The notes: generated by a model not told the origin, from the sequence alone. Counted from the first letter of the stretch, positions 8,279 to 17,104 are shown. The stretch is DNA of 64,000 nucleotides from Candidatus Aenigmatarchaeota archaeon (GCA_026397315.1 JAPLVC010000007.1:32001-96000); one strand, 5' to 3'. Translations and numbers: made by a program.

Positions 8279-11110
8279 TTAATTGCCCGGCCAATCAGTC
8301 GTATGTTTTGCATAAACTTGCGCGGTGCCGCCCATGGCGTTTATCACTACTGATGAAAATAGCCTTGCTCCGGGTTTTTTAACTACGATTTGAAGCACAA
8401 TATCCGCTATCATAGTACCTGCAAATATCGCAGTTGCTGCTCCAGAAGGTTTAGTATAGCAGTAATTGTGCTTTTCACTTGAGTATGGGCTCTGGTCGGC
8501 ATATATCAATAATGCGTCATTGACAATGCAATTGGTTCCCAATTTGGCATATTTTGTAAATGTCCTAGTTTCAGCCTCTTTGCAATCTTTATTAAAGAAA
8601 ATTGGTTGTTCGACATTCGCAGCGTCACTTCTTAATTGGCAATTGACTAATTTTTTATGAACAATGCCTTCCAAGTTTCCATCTTCATCACCCCACGAAA
8701 CAATGCTTAGTTTGTGAGCAATAGTCAGAATGTCAGGTGTGGTTATACTTTGGAATTCGACTGAATTCACTTTCTGTTCTGATTTTGTTATATTAATTAC
8801 TATATACGTTGTTTCTCCATAATCCGGAATTTCTATAACGCTTTTCAAATCTTTCAATCTGTAAGTAAATAAGATAAAATCGCTTTTATCAACAAATCCC
8901 ATATTATTGCCTGAGCCGAGATTTCCAAGTTCGAAAATGTCGTATTTAGATAAATCGGTTATATCAAACGGTGGTTTATCAATTGCATGTACTTCATTAT
9001 TTTTGCCAACATATTCTATCGCATTCGTCTTTGGATTGTAATAGAAATCTAAATCTGTCACTGGTTCTTTTATATGAATATATTTATCCGGTAAGGTATA
9101 ACTAGGAACTGCAATATCATTTTGTAAAATAGGTATTTTATTGCCGGCAGTGATGTCCGTTATCAAAGTTGTTTCCTTGGAAGCAATTTCAGCTTTCAGA
9201 TTCTTATCTTTCTCCATATTATCTTTATTGATACTGATTAAACCGGTACTGTCAGTAGATGTATATTTATTCATCTCTACATGTGAAAATGGCAAATTTT
9301 CACAAACATCAAATGGTCCTTCTTCAATCCTCTCGCTATAACCTTGGGAGTCTCTTGGCAAGCACTCGATACTTTTTGATTCTATGTCATATTTGTATGA
9401 TCCGCAAGGAACTGGTTTTGGACTTTTAATTATCTGAAGATCGGCCTTGCATGGGGATGCCAGATAAAAAGGCACGTACGCGGGTGCTATTTCTTTTTGC
9501 AGGAAGCTGTAATCCTTTAAAAGTATGATTGGCACGTTGAATCTTGAAACTTTAAATTCTTCTGCCTCATTGGTGAAAAGAGTTCTTTTTTGTAATACGA
9601 GGGAGCCTGGCTTTTCGTAAAATTTGTCATTTATTGCATCCAATTTATATCCAAGAAAATCAATACCCGCCGCTAAGCCTGTAACCTTTAGCGCTCTTGC
9701 ATAATCTTCCCAAGCTGGTGTAAATGCTTTTGTTCCCATGAATTTGTTTAAAATGCCAGTTTTTTTCACGACATCCAGTTTTTCAAAATCTTTTTTAACA
9801 AGCTCTGAAACTTTCGCTATTGCAGTACTTTCGCCTTTATCGAGGGCTTCCTTAACCGCTTTTTCCAATACAGAGTTTCCAATTTCTTTTGAAAGGTAAT
9901 AGGTCGCTAAGCCATCTGCACCTTCAGAAATAACTTTGGTGCCTATTATTTTTCCGGCCAGCTTTTTTTTACCATAAGCTACTATTATCTGTTCTTCTGC
10001 TTCTTGTGTGCTTTTGCCAATAAGTTTAGAAACTAGTTTAGAAACCATATTCTTACTTTTACTTGCGAGGTCCTTCACCTTACCCACAACAAACCTTTTT
10101 CCGGCACCGAAAATTTCGGAGACAGGCAAAGCGTACATGAAAACTGTTTCTGCATTTTCCATCCATGTGGATAATTTCGTCCATCCAACATCCTCGCCTT
10201 CTGGGAATCTTTGCCAGTAAAGTATAAACTGCGGGTCGCCCAATCCTTCAAATAAAACCTTATGTACGTTACTTTCATCGGTAATTATCTGCGGAAGTTG
10301 AAAATTTTTAATTGTGCATTTAGCGTCTTTTTCAAGGCCTACTTTTTCGAGGTTGTTAATGTTATCGATTGTCAAAGTTTCTGATTTTTCATTTTTGTGA
10401 TGAATTATAATTTCATCATCTCCTCCCCTCACGACTGCCTGCTCTAGTATTTTAATGCCAGCACTGTATCTGCTTTTCTCTGGCTGATTTTTGTCTATTG
10501 CGCCGATTTCATTGCCAATCCACAGGTGTATTTCATCAACACCAGAAAACATTGAATTCATACTCGAAACGGTTTTGTATTCATAAAATTTCTCGCCGCA
10601 ATCGGGACATTTAGATTTCCATTCACCGCTATCGAATACGTACCAAACATTCTCGTGATCACATGCGGGGTTTAAAGTTCCGCAGTCTTCATCATATTCT
10701 AACTCAGGGTAACCGCTTTTCAAGTCACAATAAAGGGATGCATCACTTGGTGCTGATTGTGTCTGAGTTTGGGAGTTTTGCGTGGCGGTAGCATCCGCGG
10801 CAGCATTGCCTGTCACAGTCGCACCGTTAGGTGAGTTTTTAATAATACCTGCACATTGTTCATCGCCAGTAAAAACAGTGTCTATCGCACACTTCAACAT
10901 CTGTGTAGACTGCTTGGCGCTTTCGTAATCCACTGTCGAAACTTTACCTGTGCACAGGGCGGGTATTTTGTCACAGATACCGTCGAGTATGGAGTTGATG
11001 CCGCCCGACTGGGCGATGATGAAGCCTATGACAAGAAACGTGAAAACCAGGGCGATTAGGATTTCAAAAGGCGGCTGGGCGATGAAACTGTCTCCCTTCC
11101 TCTTACCCAT
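8279..11110 (-). CDS. Large (943 aa) protein with class III (pilin-like) signal peptide
   Basis: ATG at 11110 gives MGKRKG|DSFIAQPPFEILIALVFTFLVIGFII; Cys-rich extracellular parts; AT-rich body. Confidence 0.8.
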   Translation of the reverse strand: MGKRKGDSFIAQPPFEILIALVFTFLVIGFIIAQSGGINSILDGICDKIPALCTGKVSTVDYESAKQSTQMLKCAIDTVFTGDEQCAGIIKNSPNGATVTGNAAADATATQNSQTQTQSAPSDASLYCDLKSGYPELEYDEDCGTLNPACDHENVWYVFDSGEWKSKCPDCGEKFYEYKTVSSMNSMFSGVDEIHLWIGNEIGAIDKNQPEKSRYSAGIKILEQAVVRGGDDEIIIHHKNEKSETLTIDNINNLEKVGLEKDAKCTIKNFQLPQIITDESNVHKVLFEGLGDPQFILYWQRFPEGEDVGWTKLSTWMENAETVFMYALPVSEIFGAGKRFVVGKVKDLASKSKNMVSKLVSKLIGKSTQEAEEQIIVAYGKKKLAGKIIGTKVISEGADGLATYYLSKEIGNSVLEKAVKEALDKGESTAIAKVSELVKKDFEKLDVVKKTGILNKFMGTKAFTPAWEDYARALKVTGLAAGIDFLGYKLDAINDKFYEKPGSLVLQKRTLFTNEAEEFKVSRFNVPIILLKDYSFLQKEIAPAYVPFYLASPCKADLQIIKSPKPVPCGSYKYDIESKSIECLPRDSQGYSERIEEGPFDVCENLPFSHVEMNKYTSTDSTGLISINKDNMEKDKNLKAEIASKETTLITDITAGNKIPILQNDIAVPSYTLPDKYIHIKEPVTDLDFYYNPKTNAIEYVGKNNEVHAIDKPPFDITDLSKYDIFELGNLGSGNNMGFVDKSDFILFTYRLKDLKSVIEIPDYGETTYIVINITKSEQKVNSVEFQSITTPDILTIAHKLSIVSWGDEDGNLEGIVHKKLVNCQLRSDAANVEQPIFFNKDCKEAETRTFTKYAKLGTNCIVNDALLIYADQSPYSSEKHNYCYTKPSGAATAIFAGTMIADIVLQIVVKKPGARLFSSVVINAMGGTAQVYAKHTTDWPGN

Positions 11111-11233
11111 GAATATGTATGTGCAGCCTTTCTTTATATTGGTTTGATACGGGCGCATCCGAACTGCCAAAAGCCCCGCCAGCGCCGCAACAATAACCAA
11201 AGTTTAAATAGAGCCTAGCCCCAAATATTCATT

Positions 11234-11509
11234 ATGAACACATCATTGGAAATCGTGGTCGTGGCAATCATCCTTCTGGTCGTGGCGCTGGTTCTTCTGA
11301 CGATATTCGGAACTGGCATGACACCATTCGGTGCTTTCACAAGCAACAAAAATGTATGCATACAACAATACGACTCTTCGTGCAAAGCTACTGGTAATGA
11401 TCCTGTGGATTGGGGAGTCGCTAAATACAAGGACTCTAAAGGGGTTTTGCAAGCGTGCTCGACTCTTGCCAAGTGTTCATGCATCAATAACGTCGCCTCG
11501 TGCACCTAA
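11234..11509 (+). CDS. Pilin-like protein lacking a basic leader
   Basis: MNTSLEIVVVAIILLVVALVLL; Cys-rich C-terminus; TATA TTTAAATA ~24 nt upstream. Confidence 0.8.
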   Translation: MNTSLEIVVVAIILLVVALVLLTIFGTGMTPFGAFTSNKNVCIQQYDSSCKATGNDPVDWGVAKYKDSKGVLQACSTLAKCSCINNVASCT

Positions 11510-11559
11510 ACTTCAAACTCCTTTCTTTTATTTATACCAATTTATTACAAGTATTACTT

Positions 11560-11991
11560 ATGAGAATGGCCCTTGAGATTGTGGTCGTGACTATCATACT
11601 TCTTGTCGTGGCGATTGTGGTACTCATGTTTTTCGCCAACGGCATGCGTGCCGGCGTCGACATGACGGACGCGAGGAACCAGTGCATTACCATGGCCTCG
11701 GCCTCGTGCAAGTCGCTGAAGGTCTTGCCTCCGACATGGTTTGTGCCGACGGTCACCGTTGAAGGGAAGACCGCACCGGAAAGCTGCGACGATATAACAG
11801 AGGGAGCCTACAAAGATTGCAGTAAATTTGGCGTGACCGGAGGCGGCGCGACGACAGGCGGAACGACGACGATAACCACGAACACACAGTGCACGACAGC
11901 ATTATACACTTGCGAGGCCTCGTGCACTGCACCCAAGACGCAAAAAGGGACATGCGATGCCGACCCCGCCAAGAAAGCGTGCTGCGGCTGA
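11560..11991 (+). CDS. Pilin-like protein, paralog of 11234 gene, with Thr/Gly linker and Cys-rich tail
   Basis: MRMALEIVVVTIILLVVAIVVL; shared C-x7-C-x9-W pattern. Confidence 0.8.
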   Translation: MRMALEIVVVTIILLVVAIVVLMFFANGMRAGVDMTDARNQCITMASASCKSLKVLPPTWFVPTVTVEGKTAPESCDDITEGAYKDCSKFGVTGGGATTGGTTTITTNTQCTTALYTCEASCTAPKTQKGTCDADPAKKACCG

Positions 11992-12006
11992 TAGCGGGAA
12001 TGTGAG

Positions 12007-12126
12007 ATGATGCAAATGATGAAAGGGCAAAGTGATATCGTGGCCTCAGGCCTGCCCATATTCGCGATGGTCGTGCTGATAGTCCTTATCATACTGGTGG
12101 CCGTGAGGATTTTCGGCGGCGGATGA
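12007..12126 (+). CDS. Micro-pilin-like protein with class III signal (39 aa; not in ORF track)
   Basis: MMQMMKG|QSDIVASGLPIFAMVVLIVLIILVAVRIFGGG; stop abuts next ATG. Confidence 0.65.
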   Translation: MMQMMKGQSDIVASGLPIFAMVVLIVLIILVAVRIFGGG

Positions 12127-12127
12127 A

Positions 12128-12313
12128 ATGGTGAAAAACTTGGAAAGGGAAACCGGCAAAACGGGGAAAAAGAAGGGCTTCATAATATTCATGGGTCTCA
12201 ACATGTGGGTCGAAATCCTGCTCATGATAGTCCTGACGTTCATACTCATAGCGGTCATAGACGCTCTTTCTGGCTACAGGATTGGCTTCCTGAGCATACT
12301 GGGAATAAAATAG
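12128..12313 (+). CDS. Small class III signal peptide protein
   Basis: KKKG|FIIFMGLNMWVEILLMIVLTFILIAVI. Confidence 0.7.
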   Translation: MVKNLERETGKTGKKKGFIIFMGLNMWVEILLMIVLTFILIAVIDALSGYRIGFLSILGIK

Positions 12314-12360
12314 AATCAGTCAAATACGGATATAATTATAATTGCATACAATTATTAACT

Positions 12361-12942
12361 ATGAAAAAAGCCTCTTCGTCATCCATCATGACATTCAGGC
12401 TGGTTATATCCCTCATCCTCGGAATTTTTGTGATTGTTCTTCTCATCAGAGGCATAAACGAGCAGGTATACGGTGCCTGCTGGAGCCAGGCGAAATACGC
12501 CTTCGAGGAGCTGAAGGATGGGGAAAACGACATCGTGCTGGGCGATTGCATAGTCAATGCCTACTTGGTCCCCAAAGACGGACTTGACGCCCTAAGGGCT
12601 CAGGACGTGAACATATTCAGCTGCGCCAAGAGGAACGACCCGGAATATTTCTCTTTTGCCATAATCAGGCCTAACAGCGACGTGAAGGTGACTGAAATAA
12701 TCGAGAGCGGCGGCAAGAAAATAACCCAGACCATGCTTGAAACGTATTGCGTCGGATACAGATACAAGCTGAACACCATGAGCCTGAATATTTTTGAAGG
12801 CAAGAAGAGCTATTGCATAAAGCTCGATCGGGTAAGCGGCAGCACCGACTCGAACGACAAGTATGTAAGCATAAGGGAAGGCGCATGCTCTGCATCATTT
12901 TCAGGAGGAGCATCGGGCGGAGCCGGAGCAAGCAAATCTTAA
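12361..12942 (+). CDS. Pilin-like protein with class III-like signal
   Basis: MKKA|SSSSIMTFRLVISLILGIFVIVLLI; paired Cys. Confidence 0.75.
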   Translation: MKKASSSSIMTFRLVISLILGIFVIVLLIRGINEQVYGACWSQAKYAFEELKDGENDIVLGDCIVNAYLVPKDGLDALRAQDVNIFSCAKRNDPEYFSFAIIRPNSDVKVTEIIESGGKKITQTMLETYCVGYRYKLNTMSLNIFEGKKSYCIKLDRVSGSTDSNDKYVSIREGACSASFSGGASGGAGASKS

Positions 12943-12969
12943 TAATTATAACGGAAGGCGGGTGTTAGA

Positions 12970-13977
12970 TTGGGAGAAACTGAAGAGGATGTTCTCGAAG
13001 CCCTCGCGATGGTCATAATAGTTGTCCTGGGCCTGATAGTGCTGATCGTATCGATAATGCCCAGTAGTTTTACCGGCACCAGCGCCGGGGCGTTTGCTGT
13101 GGCGACTGGCATATCATATTCTATAAGCGGGCTGTCGCTAGCGGACGAAGGCTCGATGACAAGATATCTCAACGGCAGCTACGACATCGAGATAGGCCTG
13201 GAAGAGGATTCTGACGGTCCCCTGAAGAATTATTACATAAGGGCGACGGCTTACGGAAAAGGAAACCCGCTCAGCCCTATAGACAAGATAATTTTCATAG
13301 GCGACATGCAGCTGGACAAAGACCCGACAAAACTGGTAAACGTCACGTACATCAGCCTCACGAAAAGCTACGGCAAGCCTGTCAGGATAGTCAAGACCAC
13401 GGAAACTCGCTTCTCGGACGCCCTTTGCAAAGAGCCGACGCCTGAGAAAATAAAGGATTACATCCAGACATACTCGCCGGACAAGGAAGAACAGAAATGG
13501 ATAAAGGCGATAATAATGACTGAAAGCGGTTATGTCCATTGCAGCGGTTCGACCGTGGGGGCGTTCGGCTTCATGCAGCTCATGGAAATCGCCGCGAGGG
13601 ACGTGGGCATAAGCGACAGGTTCGACCCTGAGCAGAACATCGATGGCGGCGTGAGATACTACAGGAAGCTCGTGCAAAAATACGAATCCTACGACGACAA
13701 ATACGTGCTGGCTGTCGCCAGTTACAACTGCGGCAAGATAGGCACTCTCGTGTCGCAGAACTGCGACGCGCAGAACATATACATCGGCTGCTGGGAAAAG
13801 GCCGTCAGGGAGTTCACGCGTGAGAAGGAGTGCCAGGGCAGCGGCGGCAAGGAAACTTACAACTACGTGGACAGGGTAAAGACATGCGTGAAATATTACG
13901 AGCAAAACCCGGAATGCTACAACAGTCCGGGCACGGGCAGCTCGTGCCCTAAAAGCAGTGACTGCGGAAACTGGTGA
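12970..13977 (+). CDS. Pilin-like membrane-anchored lytic transglycosylase (SLT/GH23 domain)
   Basis: N-terminal TM; AIIMTES (catalytic E185), GAFGFMQLM, FDPEQNIDGGVRY, LAVASYNCG, ETYNYVDRV. Confidence 0.92.
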   Translation: MGETEEDVLEALAMVIIVVLGLIVLIVSIMPSSFTGTSAGAFAVATGISYSISGLSLADEGSMTRYLNGSYDIEIGLEEDSDGPLKNYYIRATAYGKGNPLSPIDKIIFIGDMQLDKDPTKLVNVTYISLTKSYGKPVRIVKTTETRFSDALCKEPTPEKIKDYIQTYSPDKEEQKWIKAIIMTESGYVHCSGSTVGAFGFMQLMEIAARDVGISDRFDPEQNIDGGVRYYRKLVQKYESYDDKYVLAVASYNCGKIGTLVSQNCDAQNIYIGCWEKAVREFTREKECQGSGGKETYNYVDRVKTCVKYYEQNPECYNSPGTGSSCPKSSDCGNW

Positions 13978-13980
13978 AAT

Positions 13981-14763
13981 ATGCTTAAAAAAATGAAAGG
14001 CGGCATAAGTGAATCGCCATGGACAATCTGGGCAGTCATAATATTCGCGGCCGTCATCGTCGCTGGTTCATTTTTCCTCAATTCGTATTATATCGATTAC
14101 GCGGCATTTCTGAAAACTCCGCCGGAAAGGCTCAAAGCGCTTGAAGCAACCAACGCCGTGCGCGGGTGCCTGCTTAACGGGAAGCCTTACGTGACGAAGG
14201 ACTTTCTCGACGAGAACAGCGGCGAGGACATAGACGACCTGTGCGGCTTCGAGGACCCGGGTACAGAAGCCGACGTCCTTGACACGCAAACCGGCCAGAA
14301 GTGGGGTCTGAGCTCGAGTCTGAGCAAAGCGGACCACTCGGTCTGGATTCCGATTGCTTACACAGGTTTTCAGGAAATAACCGATGTCAATTACGCTTTA
14401 AGCGGAGAATATGTCATACATGCGAAGTGGCTAGGCGTCGGGGTGCTTAACATAAAAGCCAACGACGTCATTTTGGAATTATATCCTTCGGCGCTTTACC
14501 CGGGCGGATCAAGCAAGCTTGAAAGCGTCACCTCTTCCAAAGTCAGGGAATGGATAGAAAAGCTGGTTGATGCTGACAACCCCGAAGGCACGCAGAAGGC
14601 GGACCTGACAGGCATGAACATAATGGCGATAATCCCGTCAGAATACAGTCTCAAAGAATGCAGTTCGGTTGGCGACCTGCTTTCCCACGAGGCCTGCGTG
14701 AAAATGTTTACGGGGGTAAAAGAAATTCATTTAGGGAGACTGAACGTCGATGTTACGCTCTAA
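13981..14763 (+). CDS. Class III signal peptide (minor pilin-like) protein
   Basis: MLKKMKG|GISESPWTIWAVIIFAAVIVAG. Confidence 0.75.
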   Translation: MLKKMKGGISESPWTIWAVIIFAAVIVAGSFFLNSYYIDYAAFLKTPPERLKALEATNAVRGCLLNGKPYVTKDFLDENSGEDIDDLCGFEDPGTEADVLDTQTGQKWGLSSSLSKADHSVWIPIAYTGFQEITDVNYALSGEYVIHAKWLGVGVLNIKANDVILELYPSALYPGGSSKLESVTSSKVREWIEKLVDADNPEGTQKADLTGMNIMAIIPSEYSLKECSSVGDLLSHEACVKMFTGVKEIHLGRLNVDVTL

Positions 14764-15781
14764 AAATAAAAAGGGGATAGCGGACTTTGCGTTGTTCGTC
14801 GTGATAGCGATAGCGGTCGTATCGCTCATACTCGTTGCCAGCTGGCTGGGAAAGGTGCTTGGCCAGGGTAGGCAGCTAGTCAAAGTCAAGGGAGTGGTGG
14901 ACGTTTACGTCAACCTTGACGACAAAGGCAGCGAGTTCAGCTTTCTGGAAGCCAAAAATGGCGATTATGATTTCATGGAAATTCTCGGCGTCGTGGGATC
15001 CGGAGCCAAGATAGGAGGCGACCTTAAAGCCCAGATGGAAAATGTGGAAAAAAGCATCGAAAGGATAAAGAATTCCGACAAGAAAAATTTCTACATATCC
15101 GTCATAAGCCCGGAGGGTAAAGTGGTGTATGAGAAGAAAAGCGGCAATCCGCCGCTCGTCGTGGGAACGGGCGGAGAGGACATACTGCTAAAATGGCCGC
15201 TGGACGCCAGCAACTATGAGATAATATCGGGTTTCGGGTGGAGAAAAGACCCATTCTCAGGCAAGGACTCGTTCCACGGCGGTATAGACATACCGGGAAA
15301 TCTGGGAGACCCCGTTTACAGCGCAACGGACGGAACCGTATACAGGACGGTAAACAATGATGCGGATTTGGGCAATTTTGTCGTTATAAAATACACATCA
15401 CAAAGGACGAACACGCCGTATTACGTTTATTACGGACACATGCAGGGCTTTTCCGTAAGAACTGGTGACAGTGTGAAGATCGGAGAGGAGATAGGGAAAG
15501 TTGGCTCCACCGGCAAATCACAGGGCCCGCACCTGCATTTCGAGATAAGAAAAGACAAAAACGGCGACGGCAATTTAGCGCCAGACGCAGAGTCGGTAAA
15601 CCTCTGCCCGTATCTCACAGGCGCGTCAGGCGGCATTGTCGACTCAAAAACTTGCATGAAAAAATGCCCGGTATACGAGAATCCGGACTCATGCGATTCT
15701 GATATGACGGTCGTCACGAACAGGTTTGACATACCTGTTCCGGGCGGAAAGAAAGGCTACGTGGAGCTGATGCTATGGTAA
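14750..15781 (+). CDS. Class III signal peptide protein with M23 (LytM/lysostaphin-type) peptidase domain
   Basis: KNKKG|IADFALFVVI; ISGFGWRKDP, HGGID (H176-x3-D180), YGHM, GSTGKSQGPHLHFEIR (H261-x-H263). Confidence 0.93.
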   Translation: MLRSKNKKGIADFALFVVIAIAVVSLILVASWLGKVLGQGRQLVKVKGVVDVYVNLDDKGSEFSFLEAKNGDYDFMEILGVVGSGAKIGGDLKAQMENVEKSIERIKNSDKKNFYISVISPEGKVVYEKKSGNPPLVVGTGGEDILLKWPLDASNYEIISGFGWRKDPFSGKDSFHGGIDIPGNLGDPVYSATDGTVYRTVNNDADLGNFVVIKYTSQRTNTPYYVYYGHMQGFSVRTGDSVKIGEEIGKVGSTGKSQGPHLHFEIRKDKNGDGNLAPDAESVNLCPYLTGASGGIVDSKTCMKKCPVYENPDSCDSDMTVVTNRFDIPVPGGKKGYVELMLW

Positions 15782-16941
15782 AATTCAAGGGCATGACGAT
15801 AAACATCCTCAGCGTAGGCCTGATAATACTCGTTTCCGTGATTCTTTATGCGTTCCTCAACCCGCTATCGCAGCCGCATTCGTCTGAATACGCGAAAACG
15901 GATATCTATGTCATGAAAAACGCCCTAGATTCGTCCAAAGTCTATTTGAGGGCGTCTTTCGATTATGCTGTTTACCAGGCGCTTTACGACGTTTCGAGAA
16001 AGGGAGGGTTTAGCGACGCCCAAAGCCAGTCCGCATACGCTAACGCTCTGGCGCCTGTCATATCATGCCAGAAAACCGACAAAAGAATCGGTGAGCCGGA
16101 AAAGATAATCGGCTGCGTTCCCGGCGAATACGGATGCCCAGACAGCGACGGCAAAGATGCTTACATAAACGAAGGTTACCAGGTAGGCCTCTTGCAATTC
16201 CTGCTAAAAGACCTTAAATACGAACTTACCGTTGACTGCAAGTTTGGCAAGGGCAGCCTGGAAAAACTCAAGGAATTCCAGAAAGACAAAGGCCTTACTG
16301 AAAGCGGTTTCCTTGACGACGCCACGACGGAGAAGCTGAAAGAATCCTTTGCTTACGATAACTGCGGGGATTATTTTTACGGATGCACGAACAGTTTTTC
16401 TGCCGTATGGAGCACGGAACTCGCAGAAGACCAGTTCAAAAGTAACATCAAGAATGAGATCGTAAAAAACATGAACTCATACACGTCAAAAGGATACGTC
16501 TTCCTCGACCTTCCAATAACAGGTCTTCCGCAATACAAAACCGACAAGATTACGATTTCCGAATCCGGGACTGGATTGAAAGTCTCGCTCAGCGGGGATA
16601 ACATAAAAATATCAAAGAAAGATGAATATGAAGTCATTGACATAGCGTCATCGTCCGACATGGAAAAAATATACGATATAGATGCCTTCGGCATTTACAG
16701 GAAAGCAAAAAGCGTATACAACGACATTAAAAGCAAAGGATGCGATGCCGCAAAAGACGAAACGAAAACTGAAGGCGGATTTAAAACTGAAGTGAAGATC
16801 GTGAGCAAGACGACGAACCCTGAATGCTCCGCTAAAGTCAGGGTCTCGGTGGTGGAAGAAAATCCTAAAAAAGTTCCTGTCTTCAACGGACGTTCCGTAT
16901 CTTTCGAGCCGGTTAACATGATTTTAATGTTGAATTTGTAA
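15775..16941 (+). CDS. Class III signal peptide protein with peptidoglycan-binding (PG_binding_1-like) domain
   Basis: MVKFKG|MTINILSVGLIIL; VGLLQFLLKDLKY...VDCKFGKGSLEKLKEFQKDKGLTESGFLDDATTEKL. Confidence 0.8.
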   Translation: MVKFKGMTINILSVGLIILVSVILYAFLNPLSQPHSSEYAKTDIYVMKNALDSSKVYLRASFDYAVYQALYDVSRKGGFSDAQSQSAYANALAPVISCQKTDKRIGEPEKIIGCVPGEYGCPDSDGKDAYINEGYQVGLLQFLLKDLKYELTVDCKFGKGSLEKLKEFQKDKGLTESGFLDDATTEKLKESFAYDNCGDYFYGCTNSFSAVWSTELAEDQFKSNIKNEIVKNMNSYTSKGYVFLDLPITGLPQYKTDKITISESGTGLKVSLSGDNIKISKKDEYEVIDIASSSDMEKIYDIDAFGIYRKAKSVYNDIKSKGCDAAKDETKTEGGFKTEVKIVSKTTNPECSAKVRVSVVEENPKKVPVFNGRSVSFEPVNMILMLNL

Positions 16942-17104
16942 TGCAGCCAGCGCTGGGAACGTCCCGCGCATAGATTTGTTTTTCAACCACGTTTCAAACC
17001 TTTTAAAAGCGCCGAATTAATGATAAAATAGCCAGGCCAACTGGCGGAAACAGGCAACGCATCATGGCAAAAAAGCGACGCGCATGACTTGGGAGGTGCT
17101 TAGC

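Noticed and set aside
12970-16941. Phage lysis cassette or bacterial contamination as the source of SLT, M23 and PG-binding genes
   Set aside because: No holin or phage genes; domains are fused to pilin-like N-termini, have host-like codon usage and run directly into alba and an archaeal intron tRNA.
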